Assembly: GCA_002189035.1 (NCBI GenBank)
Contig: NEEC01000016.1
Location: 2,046,001 to 2,110,000, forward strand
DNA length: 64,000 nt
DNA from: Utricularia gibba
Lineage: Eukaryota; Plantae; Magnoliophyta
Reading direction: 5' to 3'
The translations under genes and the position numbers were made by a program. A model generated the notes under the pieces. It was not told the origin of the DNA. It was given only the letters and a program-made list of their open reading frames with translations, and ran no database searches. This document shows, piece by piece, positions 36,108 through 48,836 of this stretch (the stretch's first letter is position 1; every line of letters begins with the position of its first letter).

Positions 36108-36599
36108 ATAAGATTATGGAAATAAAAATATTTCATATTTTTTTTAATATTTCTTCTAAATATACATTGAATGATTTACCTTTGGCCTTGCCCACTTAGC
36201 TAGAATTAGAGTGCGTTTGAGGAAACTTGGGTTCCATTGGAGGACGTATCCAAATGAAACTTGTTCACCATTCTTCAAATCCTCTTCTCACCTCTTTCAC
36301 TAGGACTAGACCTTTTTTTCCCTTGAGTGTGTAGTGGTTCATGTTGTGAGTTCTAGAGCATACACTCATCGTAAAAAAAATACCAAAGTTCCACCTCAAG
36401 AGACAACTCCTCCCAAATACTCACAAATGCTTAACACATATGAAATAGATATTGGAGTCAAATAAGACAAACGAATCTCTAAACATTCTAATATCTCTTC
36501 TAACAAACAATGGCAAGCGTAAACTATAACATAAATGTTCTAAGCTCGATGCAAATCCCATTGGACACCCATAATACTCTCTGATATAAAGAATCTAGT

Positions 36600-38390
36600 T
36601 CTCAGTTTCTTCAAAGTTTGTATCTACAACCACCCATAAACATTGTATGAGAAATAGAAATATAGCAATTCCACAAGGGTAACCTTTAATCTGGAATTAA
36701 AAAAGATCGATGGGCGAATTAGATCAAAAAACCAGTCTATACAATAATATTATGAAGAACAAAGTGGGTTAAAATGTGAAAATCCTTGGGTGATAGATTC
36801 TAGGATGTGGTCTCAAAAAACTTTAAATATTTAAAACGTAGAACACCAAAAAGCATAGTACGAGTATCGCTCTTAGGAAGTTGTTTTTCGTCAAAAGTGT
36901 TTTGTAAGAAACCTCTACAAAATGTCACGGTTTTGTAAAAGGGAGTTTGTGGAATGCAGAAATAAAAGTTGCAACCTAATTGATGGGTCTTGACTATGGG
37001 ATGCAGTTCCTGGGAATGAGATTCCATCTCCTTCCTTTATCCATCCTTGCCTCGGTTTTCACTGATTTCTTCCGAATAGCTGGTTATAAGAGCAAGGAAT
37101 AGCTTACTCTCCCTTACACTCTGATTGATAAGGAGGCATAGGAATAACCTCATGTGATTCCCCCTTGGACGATTAGGAAGACAAGAAGATTGCCTTTGAT
37201 TGCCTTTAAAACCGAATTGTGCGCGTGTGCCCAGTTGTTGCCAATGGCCAGTGGCAGGTCTGAGGTCACAACCTGCCCACTGTCACAGGTACCTAGGCCA
37301 CAAACAATCTGCTATTTCCCTCGAGCCGATAGGGTTGGAGTTGGTGCTCTTCACCTTGATCTTCACCAAAATCCGCAAGGAGTGGCCTGCTATTCATGGA
37401 CCTTGATTAGGAGTCGTTACAGAAAGACTACAATAAGATGCGTGGAAGTATGTGAAATCCAAATTGAATTCAACGAAGAACCGAGTGTACTGCTCAAGAC
37501 TTGGAAGGAAACTTCATCTACTCCCAAAAACTAAGAGGTTTTAGCCACAAAGGGTCATGAAAACATAAATGAAATTGGAAGCTAAGTGTTCTTCCTCCTT
37601 AGAACTCAAAAGTCCTATGTCTGGAAAGGAAATGATAAAAAAGGTTCGAAACTAAGTGTTCCAAGTTGCTTTTATCACTCCCCACATGCATTAATTCCTT
37701 TGGGTCTCCTTCTTATCATTCCTTCTATCTTGCATGTGCCAGCAGCTTTCCTTTGCGTGCAAGTTAGCACCCAATCATTACTGCACACTCTGACATGCCA
37801 TAAGTCTTCCGCTCACAATCGTTCCAAGTCGCGTACAAGGCACAAAAAGTCAGAGTCTGACCTCTTGCAACACTCCTGCAATACTCCACGAGAGTCTCCT
37901 AACATGTCTCGGTCAAAGAGCAAGAAAAAAGAAAGAAAATATATACAAATTAGGAAAATATGATTTTTCTAAGGAAAATCAATTGCTTATCAATATAATT
38001 CCTAATTGAGCAACTTAATACATAATTAATACATAATAATACCTAATAAATAACTAGAAAATGACACTTAACATATTCCCCCACACTTAAATCATGCTTG
38101 TCCTCAAGTATGAAAATCATAGCAATCCACGAAAAATGATAGAACTTAAGTCATGATACATTACTAAGGCACATTCGTCCTACAGCAAGCATTTACTTCA
38201 ATTCTTTTCCTATCCTTCAATCAAATTAAGGCAAGCCACTCAAGTTCGTATGCATCAGATAAAGACTTAACCAGTGACTACTTATACACTAGCATCAAGG
38301 TAAAAATAGCAAAGAAACACTATAGTGACTCAAGACCTTTTTCTCTCTTTTCTCTTTTATTTGTTTTTTTTTTTCAGATAGAGATCCCCG
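36600..38390 (-). mobile_element. Athila-type 3' LTR, family B, with PPT and adjacent internal region
   Basis: LTR starts TGTTAAGTGTCAT at 38073 on the minus strand, directly after PPT AAGTGTGGGGGAATA. Homologous to 41400-43794. The left edge is approximate. Confidence 0.75.
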
Positions 38391-38499
38391 CTTTGAGGAA
38401 GAATGTTTGGATTACGAAACCTTATGTGTGGTGATTACCACGCTTTCGCAAAACATCCTTATTTTTGTAACCCCTAATATTTTTTTCTCTTTTTTATTC

Positions 38500-39500
38500 G
38501 GTCTCGATCTGGTCACTATAGGAGCAAACAAGGAGAAAGTCATAGGAATCAAGTTGATGACAAACAAAACTCAAATCAGAGTTGGAGACAACCTCAATGC
38601 CCATCTCTTACTATTATGATGAGTCAATTCATTGAGAGACAAGAGCAGATGAATAAAGAATTATTTGAACAAATTAAGAAGATGAAAGATGGAGTTATCG
38701 AGCAAATTCAACAGGTGAGAAAAGAATTTTCTGATCAGATGAAGGGAGTGCATGACGAGTTGCAGCAACTCACAACTGAAAATCAAATGAAGGAAGCTCA
38801 AATGAATGATTTTGAAGGCATCTGCGCACTAGAGTATTTATGTCAATTGGAAGAAACCCTAACCGGGTGCAAAGATATTGAAGCTGAAGATGGAGTTCCA
38901 ACAACGCATGTCTTTGATCTTGCGCAAGCTACAAAAGAGGATTGTGTTACACAAGAGCATTCACGAGCAGCAGATCTTTGTGAGGACCACAACCACGAAT
39001 TTGATTAGGACACACATCAGGATGAGGTTTGTGGATCCCTAAGCTTCACAGAAAAAGATTTGAAGGAAGAAGATTTCATCATTGCAAGTAAGGATTTAGT
39101 TGAAAAATATCTTTTTGTTTTTGACAAAGATTTCTTTTGTAGAATACAGCAACTAAAGAAAGCTTCGATCACAATTCTATGTGCTGATCCCATGCACTAG
39201 AGCTTTCCATTTGAGTTGTACAAAGAGCAAACAAAAGCATGGTGTGATGGGCATTTGTGCAAGATGAGACGCATAAAAGGTGATGAATTTTTAGTTCTCT
39301 CTTCAAATCATCAGTTTTTTTGCAGGAAATTTCAAATCAAGATGGGCTGTGATATGTGCAACCAAGAGACTCTTTCAAAATTAATTCTGGAGCAATAAAA
39401 AATGGAAAAAGCTTCATGGAAAATTCGAAAGGTTTGCTCTTCAGATTCACACATTTCCATAACAACCACGTTAATCTTTTACCAAGATATGATTTACTTG
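38500..39500 (+). mobile_element. Athila-like internal remnant: coiled-coil ORF joined to the integrase C-terminus
   Basis: ORF 38616-39008 is coiled-coil-like. 39216-39450 reads YKEQTKAWCDGHL..KGDEFLVL..SGAIKNGKSF, resembling the Athila integrase end YKE.TK.WHD..GD.VLL..GA..G..F.VN. Confidence 0.6.
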
Positions 39501-39739
39501 TTGCCATTCAAAAACCAGTTGGTTTGTTTGATTCGTTTTTTTTTTTACTTTCAATAAAATAGGTTGAGTAGGTTAAATCTTTATGTTTTAGAGTTTCTGA
39601 TTTCCAACGCAACAAATTTTTGATGCCATTGCTAGGAGTTTTGTATTTTTGTGTTTGGTATTGTGTATAGTTTTTCTTTTTCTTTCTTTCTTCTTCTTTT
39701 TCTTTAGTTTTTTGTTTTGCTATTGGTTTTTCTCTTTTT

Positions 39740-40860
39740 ATGCATTTAGCTCCACCAAAGGGGTGCCCAAGCTTGAGATCATACCATGAGGCCTTGTGTG
39801 TGTGTTGGATCAGGAGATTGATCGCACATTTCTAGCAAAAAAGAGAGAACAAATTTCCAGTTCATGTATTGAAGAAGGAATGGCTGCTCAATTACCTATT
39901 GGAGTCCCTTAGGTCACGGAGAACAAGAGGAAAATCAAGCTGAAACTTTTCTAGTTCTCTCGATCGCTAATCATGGCTCGGCACTAAGGATGATAAAAGA
40001 GGAAATCATTGTAAACCATGTTGACCGACTCTACATCATTTTCAATAGAGAGGAGGACTTTGAGCATTGCTCATATGTGTTCTAGACACTCCCTAAGTTT
40101 TCACGTAGAGAGATAACGACCCTAATCATCATCATCTAGAGTTGCACACAGCTTGTGCATCCATGCGTCCAAAAGGAGCAAGAGAAAACCAAGTCAAGTT
40201 GCAAGTCTTCCCTTATAGTCTCACTTAGTGAGCTTTTGAGTGGTTGTATGGACTACCTCCATCTTTTATTGCTACTTGGGAGCAAATGGTTCAGAAATTT
40301 GTTACTGATATGCACCCTTAGGAAGAGCCTATATTGGAAGAATAGCTCTAGCCACCATACTATAAGGTGAAGGAGAAAATTTGCAGGAATATTATGATCA
40401 ATTCATCCAAATCTACAATATTTATCCACAATATGGACTTAGTGAAAGTCAAATCTTACAGTATTTCTACAAAGTACTGACCCCAATGATTAGAGGACAA
40501 ATGGATGCTGCTTGTAATGGGTCATTAATAGAGAACCATCATAGCTCTGATACTCGAAGATTGATCGAACAATATTCCATCTCTAGCATATATGATAACT
40601 CATACTGATCACCTGGAGGAAGTGCCCAATCAGTAAAAGTAGTACATGAAGTGGATCATTCCAAAGTCTTAGCTCAACTTGACGTCATGAGTGATACCTT
40701 GAAGCTTGGCTTCCAATCCATTCTTCATCAACAAGGAAGGTATCAAGGAACTTCAAATCCCTTTAATTCTGATTCAGGACCTATAATTCATGAAATACCA
40801 GCAGAAGAGATGAATGTATTCTATCAAACCAAGCCCATGATCCTATTACATTTAGGTGAC
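39740..40860 (+). mobile_element. Athila-like gag remnant
   Basis: QEYYDQFIQIYNIYPQYGLSESQILQYFYKVLTPMIRGQMDAACNGSL matches the retrotrans_gag pattern E.W.RF..L...CP.HG......Q.FY.GL......DAA.GG. Confidence 0.8.
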
Positions 40861-41399
40861 TCATAAAGTTAACAGAATGAAAATGGCCTCCTCATCAAGA
40901 AACTAGGGTTGTGTCGCTTGCACAAAGAGCACAAAATGAACAGCATGTAAAAGAATAGACCAGCATGAAGCATATCAAAATTCTATTACACATCAACTAA
41001 CTCGAAGAAATAATACCCAAAACAAAAGTCTAAGTTCTGGCAGAACATAAAATAGTGAGGTGAGATAAGTTAGTAATTGAAATCACATTCCATGTGGAAA
41101 AAAAATGAAAATAATACTTCTCCCCCCACACTTGAATAAGAACTTATTTCTAAAGACTGAAGAAATCTGACATGGATCACGTATTCTGAAAAGTGTAGGA
41201 CAACCCCTATAAGTTGAATGATATGTGCATTTTCGTGGTCATTCATATCAGCCAGTTCATAACTTTTAAGTGCAGAAACCTCGTTGCACAAGTTGCAATG
41301 CTAATTGCGCAAGCATACTAGACATATATCAAGTCTCATATGAAAATTCAGATCTTATCTTCCTCAGCAAATTTTAAAAATGGAAAATGTAAAACACAA

Positions 41400-43794
41400 G
41401 TAAAGAATATTACTAATGCCGATCTCAGGGAGTTGAGTTTGCGAAAAGTGTTTTGTGCTAACCTCTTACAAATTGTCACAATATTGTAAATGAGATTTAA
41501 TGTACTCAAATACAAATTGAACCATAAGTAATGGACCGTGCCTAAAAAAAGGGGTTTGTGCTAACCTTCTTTTTCTCTCATTGCCTCGGCTTTCACTGGT
41601 TTTTTCCAAATAATCGGCTATAAGAGCAAAGAATAGGCTACTCTCCCATACACTCTTTTTATAAGAAGGCACGAGAATAGCCTCATGTGATTTCCTCTTG
41701 GATGATTGAGAGGACAAGAGGATTGTCGTTGATTGCCCTAAAAACCGAATTCTGCACGTGTGCTCAACTGCTACCAATGACCAATGGATAATTCCTTATC
41801 TCCCAAGGTATCTCGATCATAGACAATTCCTTATCTCCCTCGAACCAATAGGATTGGAGATGGTGATCTTCACCTTGCTCCTCATAAAAATCCGTGAGGA
41901 GTCGTAGTGGCTCATAGACCTTGACTAAGAGGTGTTACAGAAAGGCTATAACATGATATGTGGAAATATGCAAATTTGGAAGAAATTCAATGAAGAACCA
42001 AGATTTGTGTTCAAGACATTGAAGGAAACTTCATCTATTCTCAGTAACTATAGAAAGTTCAGCCATGCATGACCATGAAAAAACAAAAATGAAAATGGAA
42101 AGGCACAATCTTCTTCCTCGCTATGGTGGAGAGGTGATAAAGAAAATTATGCAATGTCGTTAAAATGCAAAGTCACGTATCAAATATAATTTATAAATCT
42201 AATGCACATTCAAGCATAATATAATTATGAGTATAGTGATTAGGGTCGAACACAAAGAGGTGGTGCTTGTTGTGTGAAAATCAACGCATTCAGTGGATGT
42301 CACTGTTGAAGGATTTAGTCTAAGCTAGGACTAATAGTTCACAATAATATGCAGAAAGGTAGGAAGGGGTAACAACACATCTTTATCTAAATTTGATCAA
42401 GGTGATGCCTTGGTACTTCCATGGACTTTTATCACTAAAATAACCTCACCTAAACCACAAATCATGCATCTAACAAACAAAAGTTTAGGTCTACCCAAAC
42501 TCTTGTTTTCCCCTAATCTACAGTATACCTCTAATTAGGGTTTTTTAAGATGAGTGTCACTACCTCCCCTTCTGTATCTATCCTAGTTTGTTAAGGAAGT
42601 AGTGTGGTTTATGGCTTATAAGATCAAAAGAATGATTTTCTCATTATCCCCTATTTGGTCCCAAGGCACCCCTAGGTGTTTAGCTACTTATACTAAGGTA
42701 AAATAAAATACTTTCATAACACAGCATGAAAATCATCTTCATTTCACAACTTAACAACAAGAAATGAGACAACAAAATAAGCAGTAACTAGAATTGTAAA
42801 CAAATGTGTGAAAAAACTAAAACTATTCCTAACTAGGAGAAATGTTCTTCATAAGCAAAAGAAGTCTTCAAAAGGCGGCTTGATTCCTAGCTCATTCTTC
42901 GTTCTTCCTATAATTTTTTCCAATCCCCCCACCCTCCAGAAGTTTGTTGCATGTTGTCCAATCGGGTTGAGATATTTTTCTCTCCCTTCATTATGCCAAA
43001 AATCCTCTTTTTGATCTTCTTGGGATATGGTGCATCTCTTTCTTCTCTTATGTCCCCTTTTCATGCTGCCTTTACTGCACATTTTTTGGATCACTGGGAT
43101 TTGCATTACTAAACTATGCTGCATTACTCAAGAAAATGATTAATCTAAGATTTAGTCCCAATTAGGAATAAAAGATGTAAAGAGTGGTGCTACTCACAAA
43201 AACATAGAAATACACAATAAAATCCGAGGTTGTAACAAAATATTAGTCATTTTCCTATCATTAAACACTCAAAAATATGTGGTATCAAGAGGAAGAACCA
43301 AGATTCAAGTGCCAAAAGTAAAGTGAAAATTCAGAAAGAGAAAAAAAGTCCTTTCTAATGAGTTCTAGATCTCCTTTAATTCACGTCCCATGTGCAATTA
43401 CTTCTTTTGCTCCCCTCCCTTCATTCCTTAGGTCTCACTTGTGCAGCCAAGTTTCCCATCCAGGCAAGTAATTGCGAAATCATTATTGAAAACTCTAACA
43501 TGTCGTAAGGCATGGTCATGAACAACATCATTCATCTGCCCACCATGGATCCATATTGTGTAAAAGCCACAAAATGGCAATGTTTTGTCTCCTGCAAGTC
43601 TCTTGCCACACTCTAACATTGCCTCGTGCAATTTTGCGTCAAAGTACACAAAAACATCACAAAAATATATACAAATATAATAATAACATTTTTCTAATAA
43701 AAATATAATATTATTAATAAAAATCCTAATTGGGAGACTTATTCCTAAATTAATCTAATGATACATAATTAACATATAGAAAATGACACTTAAC
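41400..43794 (-). mobile_element. Athila-type LTR, family B, interrupted by a family A solo LTR
   Basis: 41575-42100 aligns to 37040-37560. The terminus AATGACACTTAACA at 43794 matches the one at 38073. Confidence 0.75.
42135..43287 (-). mobile_element. Solo LTR, family A, with perfect TSD
   Basis: Bounded by TGATAA...GGTATCA. TSD AGAGG at 42130-42134 and 43288-43292. Confidence 0.92.
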
Positions 43795-45670
43795 AATCGT
43801 GCACTAGTTAATTCCTCTCGTGTTTCTTGAGCTAGAAGGATGGATATGCTATCACCTTCCCTTGCATCAGCACACAACCCAATCCCGTACTTGAGGCATC
43901 TGTGTAGACTATGTATCCCACCCTTTCACGGAGTTATTCTATAAGTCTTGCACAAAGGGATTGAGGCATTTGGATTTACCTTGTTTAATCTCAATATCCC
44001 ACCTTGAATCCACTTAGTGACCCCGGTTAGGCTTGAAACCTTTTATTTGGATCGCCACATCATAAGCCAAATCCGTTTTTACAATTATAGCCTACTGCAA
44101 TTTCTCTTGACCCAAGGAATGAGCATCTGGAGAACAGTTCTGTTCATTTGCTTGCGCAAGTTGCAGAACCAGGAGCTCTATTACAAAAGAAGAAAAGTTG
44201 AGAGCAATTTTCAATTCAGTGATCAAGCTCTATCTCAACAAATTATGAAGGGATTTTCAACAGACTCCCTGTTCAAGAAAGAGATTGTTTTCAAATAAAA
44301 GGAGGGAGGGGGGGGGGGAGAATGAAAAAAAAAAGAAGATGAGAAGAAGAAAAGATCCAAGGGGCCAACAGGTTGGAAAAAGGCACAAAATTGAAAGAGA
44401 AGGAGTTTCTTGAAGTACGAAAAATCAAAGGACAAGCATGACAGAATTGTTTGATGGATGCTCATCCCTTATCACACATAATATGAAGCCTCCAACCGAA
44501 TTTCCCACCTATCCCAAGCTCTTGCCACGCTACAACCCAAGAAAAAGACCTCATGATTGTGCAAGCTTGCTGAAACCAGTGGATCACTTGCACAAGTTTA
44601 GTAACTCGCCTACATTTAGGTATTGAGCGAACCTTTTTCATTTTACCCTCCTCTTATGGATTTCTTTTCTTGAGCGATTTGAGTGACACCTATGAGGAGT
44701 AGCTACGTGTAATTGGAGCTAGTGCATGGTTTTCCATTGAATAACTTATGGATATTCTTGCCTTAGCTCTATTTGCAAGTTACTATTTTGGAGGAAAATG
44801 CCTTGAAAAATTGCTTGAGGACAAGCAAACATTTAAATGTGGGGGCGTTAATAAGTGATTTTGTGTCATTTATATTTATACTTTTTAAGATTCATTTAGA
44901 TGAGTTTTATATCCTTTTTATCTCACTTTCCTTATGTTTTAAGAAGAATTTTATATCTTTCATTCCATTGTGATCTTTTTGGAAGGAAAGTCTGTTTTGT
45001 GATTTTTCAGGATAATTTTGGCATTGGATTTTCGAGTTGACTTTGGTGGAGCCAAAGATTTAGTCTATTTGGATGAAGACACAGTCAAAGATTCTTGGAT
45101 AAGATAAGATTCACATCTTATCTTGAAAAATTTAGATCTCATCCTAGAAGATTTTTATCAAATCTTAGAAGATCTAGATGGAAGATTTGACATTAGACAA
45201 TCAAGAAAGCCTGATAAGTCCTCGTCACTATATAAAGACTAGAACCAGAAGATCGAAAGAGTCACCCACAATCAATTTAGAGTTTCAAGTTGAGGCTAGC
45301 AGGTTTTGAATTTTTTTCGTTTTGTTTTTCATCAACTTTTGTTGTTTAGAGTCGAGCATGCGTGTGTGAGCACTTGCAGCTAAGGATCTGTAGTGAAGCC
45401 TTGCTGCGCAAATCCTGCGCATGTGACTGTCTTACTATGCTTTTCAGTATTTAATTGAGATTGGATTCTATTTTTCACAACGCTTTCTTTTCCAATGTGA
45501 GCTTTACTACCATATAACCCTAAGGGAGTATGGGAGTATCAATTATTGACCTTAATCACCTATGTAGAAAGGCTCAATCTGATATAATTGGTAAGGCACA
45601 TTGTCTAATCTGTCTGCGAGGTGAAAAACATGGGTTATCATAAGAGTTGAAATGGCTCAGGTGGCGTGGT
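43795..45670 (+). mobile_element. Athila-type 3' internal region, PPT and truncated 3' LTR (family C)
   Basis: PPT-like AAATGTGGGGGCG immediately precedes TAATAAGTGATTTTGTGTC at 44849. The LTR aligns to 7679-8520. Confidence 0.75.
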
Positions 45671-46991
45671 TGATAACACACATTTCATTAGTATTTTTAA
45701 CTTATGAAATTTAGATGTATTGTTAATTATAGTGTTATTTGTATTTTTATACATAATATAGACTAAATTAATGATTTAGTCTATATAATGATTTCTAATA
45801 TTCTTCCAAGTGTTAACAGCAGCATTAAGGATCACATTTAGCTAGTTTATGAGCACAATTCGAAGGGGCACAAGACACAAGGAGGATACATGATTAATAT
45901 TCAGTCACCTACAGTCTGTAGGTTCAGTACAGATGTCATGAACAGTGGACTGATTTTGAAAAATGAAAAAAAGATGTGAAGATATTTTTGAAGAAGGGAG
46001 AAAGAAGAGAACACGACCAGACCCCAGGAGGGGGAGGAAGAACACGAAAAAATGAAGATGAAGGCGATTTCTCCAAAAGGAAGACCAAAGACTTGAAGAA
46101 CAGCATCAAAGACCCAATCCAGCACTACTATTCCGGGCAGTGAACAACAGCAATTCGTGAACAAAATACTCTCCTTTATCTTTAGTTTGCTAGATATTTC
46201 GTTACTTTTACTGTTGTTTTACAATGTCTTTGCTATTCTCTTCAATTTATCTTAATGACACCATGCTTTATCTTTCATATATGAGTAGCTAAAACTTTAA
46301 GGATGCCTTAAAGTAAAGCATGGTGGTGTGAATCTAGGATTGATAATGAAATTTGCTATTCTTTTTTAGTTCTTGTTTTTATCATTCCATGGGTAGACCT
46401 AAGGAGGGGAACAAGTTACTTCGCAATTAAGATGCTTGATTTAGAGGTAGACCAACAAATCAAGGTGGGAGCAATAGGTATTAGTCCAAGGTAGAACCAA
46501 TGGAACCGAGTAGACCTAGTTCTATGTACTTTGCATGTGGGTAGACCTTATTGCAATGTTGGTAATGATATTGTGGACTAGCTTAGCTGAGAATATTATG
46601 AATGACATGGGTAGACTTAGGTTGTTTGAAGTTGTGAGCATAGAAAAATGGTAAATTAAATTACGTATCTTAGCACCACACCACCTGTAGACCTTTAAGG
46701 CATCTTCGCATTAGTATGTGCTAAAACCAATAATTGTTACTTTCCGTGTTGAGAATTGATCTTGTTTACTAAACTTGTTTACCTCTATTAGTTCAAGCTT
46801 AGATTAAGATCACTGTTATTCCAAATTTTACATATGCTGAAACACCTAGTAAGCACAAGCTCTTTGTGATCGACCTCGAAATCCACTATACAAGTTTTTT
46901 AAATTTGTATTTTTTGTAGATTAGGGTTTATAAATTTATTTGATGCAAAATTTCTATTTTTGCGACGACATTAGGAAATTTTTGTTTATCA
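45671..46991 (+). mobile_element. Complete-looking family E LTR without a TSD
   Basis: Bounded by TGATAACAC...GTTTATCA. Homologous to 30943-32252 and 51392-52816. Flanks GTGGT and TAATA do not match. Confidence 0.85.
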
Positions 46992-47079
46992 TAATATCAT
47001 TGCCCCTTGTGATGGATCGAATTAGTCTTCTATACATGATAGGGGTAGCAATTTCTCGTAGTTACTTTATTCAACTCTC

Positions 47080-48020
47080 GGTAGTCTAGACAATATTGTA
47101 TCATACCATACTTCTACTTTAAAAATATCATTGATGCCCCCAGGGTGATACACTTGTCCTGATGAATCCTTTCTCTAGAAGGCCCTCTAGGTGAGGCTTA
47201 AGTTCCTTTATTTCAGCTCGCGACATCTGATATGATACTTTAGTGATGGGTTCCATCCCTTCTAGCAGTCTGATCTCAGACTCAATCTCTCAGTCTTGTA
47301 TGTGTCTTGGGAGTTCTTTAGGGAACACATCGTTGAATACTCCTAGCAATACCTTCAGTGGCCATGTGCATCAGTCATAGAGGTCTCTCAACTCCATCAA
47401 CTTATATGCACAAATTATTCGAGCTTGATGTCTTCCTAACCAATCCAGCCCTAAGATCACCTCAAACTCTTCTATTCCAATCTCATACATACCCACCTCT
47501 ATACACAACTCAGCTATTCTGAAATTAACCTTATGGTGAACTCCATGGCTCACCAACCTTCCTTCTCCTGGCTCTCTAATCCCCACTACCTGTTATAACC
47601 ACTACCCTAATTTCCCTAATTTCTTAGGACACCCCTTTGACATGAAATAGTGTGTAGCCACACAATCAAATAAAACACATACTTGAAGGTTGTCAAAAGA
47701 GAGTGTTCTCGTGATGGTGCCAATATTGTTCTCCATATCTACATCAGCAAGGTCAAAGATCCTAGCTCCTACATACAATGTAGGTCCTCAAGTTGCATTG
47801 GCAGCGGTTCCTGGTGCAATGTTCAGTTTCTTTGACTTTGGGCACTCATGAGCGAAGTGCCATGCCTCTTCATAGTTGAAACATCCCCTTGATGCCGAGA
47901 GGCACTATCTCAAGTGCCTCTTTCCATAGCTGGCACAAAGGGGGTAAATCCTGATACATGTGTCATTCCTACCCTCTCAATTTGTCGATAGAGGGCACTC
48001 ACTGTATGCAAAGATAACCA
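47080..48020 (-). mobile_element. Chromovirus (Tekay/Del-like) fragment: gag zinc knuckle, protease end, RT start
   Basis: Minus strand gives CPICASYGKRH..GCFNY..WHFAHECPK, then FEVILGLDWL..HQARIIC, then DVFPKELP..EIESEIRLLEGMEPITKVSYQM..LLEKGFIRTSVSPWG. Confidence 0.85.
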
Positions 48021-48079
48021 CTTATCGTTGATGGAGGCTTTTTATACTGAGTGATTATCGTGCATTGCATTTCTTTTGT

Positions 48080-48560
48080 AGGGCACTATTACTTGCGTGA
48101 TAATGGTTATACAAAGAGTGTTCATTGTCATCTCAAAGAGTGGGGTGTCGGTCCAATGTTCCAAAGAATGCAAAGTAATATTTCAACATGTGGCATGCTT
48201 TTGCGAGGAATGTTATTGAGTGGGCATGAAATCTAATGAAGATGAAGTGAGGTATTTTACGAAGTTACAGTTTCTACCTCATTAAAACACAAACTCGTAT
48301 AATACTCGCATCATAATTTTATCTGGCGAGAAATGCCAACTGATCCATTGGAAGAAGTCATCCCGGAAGAGTACCAAAATCTATATTCACAAGACTATGA
48401 AGACGATCAAGACATTTCCTCCAAAAGAAACTCAGTGGAATGGACACAATTGTGGGATTCAATGGTGGAGACAAGTTCGCTCAATGGGAGATGGCACAAG
48501 AAGAAGGATATAAGGTGCTGTATATGGAGGCTGATGTTGCATTGGAGTGTCATAAAGAAC
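48080..48560 (+). mobile_element. Second PIF/Harbinger nuclease 3' fragment
   Basis: GHYYLRDNGYTKS..HLKEWGVGP, followed by YF(N)MWHAF(A)RNVIE..LMKMK..IL(R)SYSFY across frameshifts. Related to the fragment at 3612-4000. Confidence 0.82.
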
Positions 48561-48665
48561 ATTTGTTATTTCATTTTCCAATAATGGATGAATGTGAACT
48601 ATGTTACGTTGTTATCCTAGTGTTCTAGGCACTGGAAGAAAAAAAATTGTGGTGCTTGGAACAGT

Positions 48666-48836
48666 TGGTTGATATGAATGATGCATTTGTCGCACACAGC
48701 CCATGCTCACATGTGTAGACTAGATCCTAGTGTTCTGACACTACAAGTTGTAATTTGCGTTGCCTGGAACACTAGGATCTAGTCTACACATGTGAGCATG
48801 GGCTGTGTGCAATAAATGCATCATTCATATTAACCA
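48666..48836. repeat. Near-perfect inverted repeat: 70-bp arms, 31-nt loop
   Basis: Arms 48666-48735 and 48767-48836 are reverse complements with 3 mismatches by manual comparison. Confidence 0.95.
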
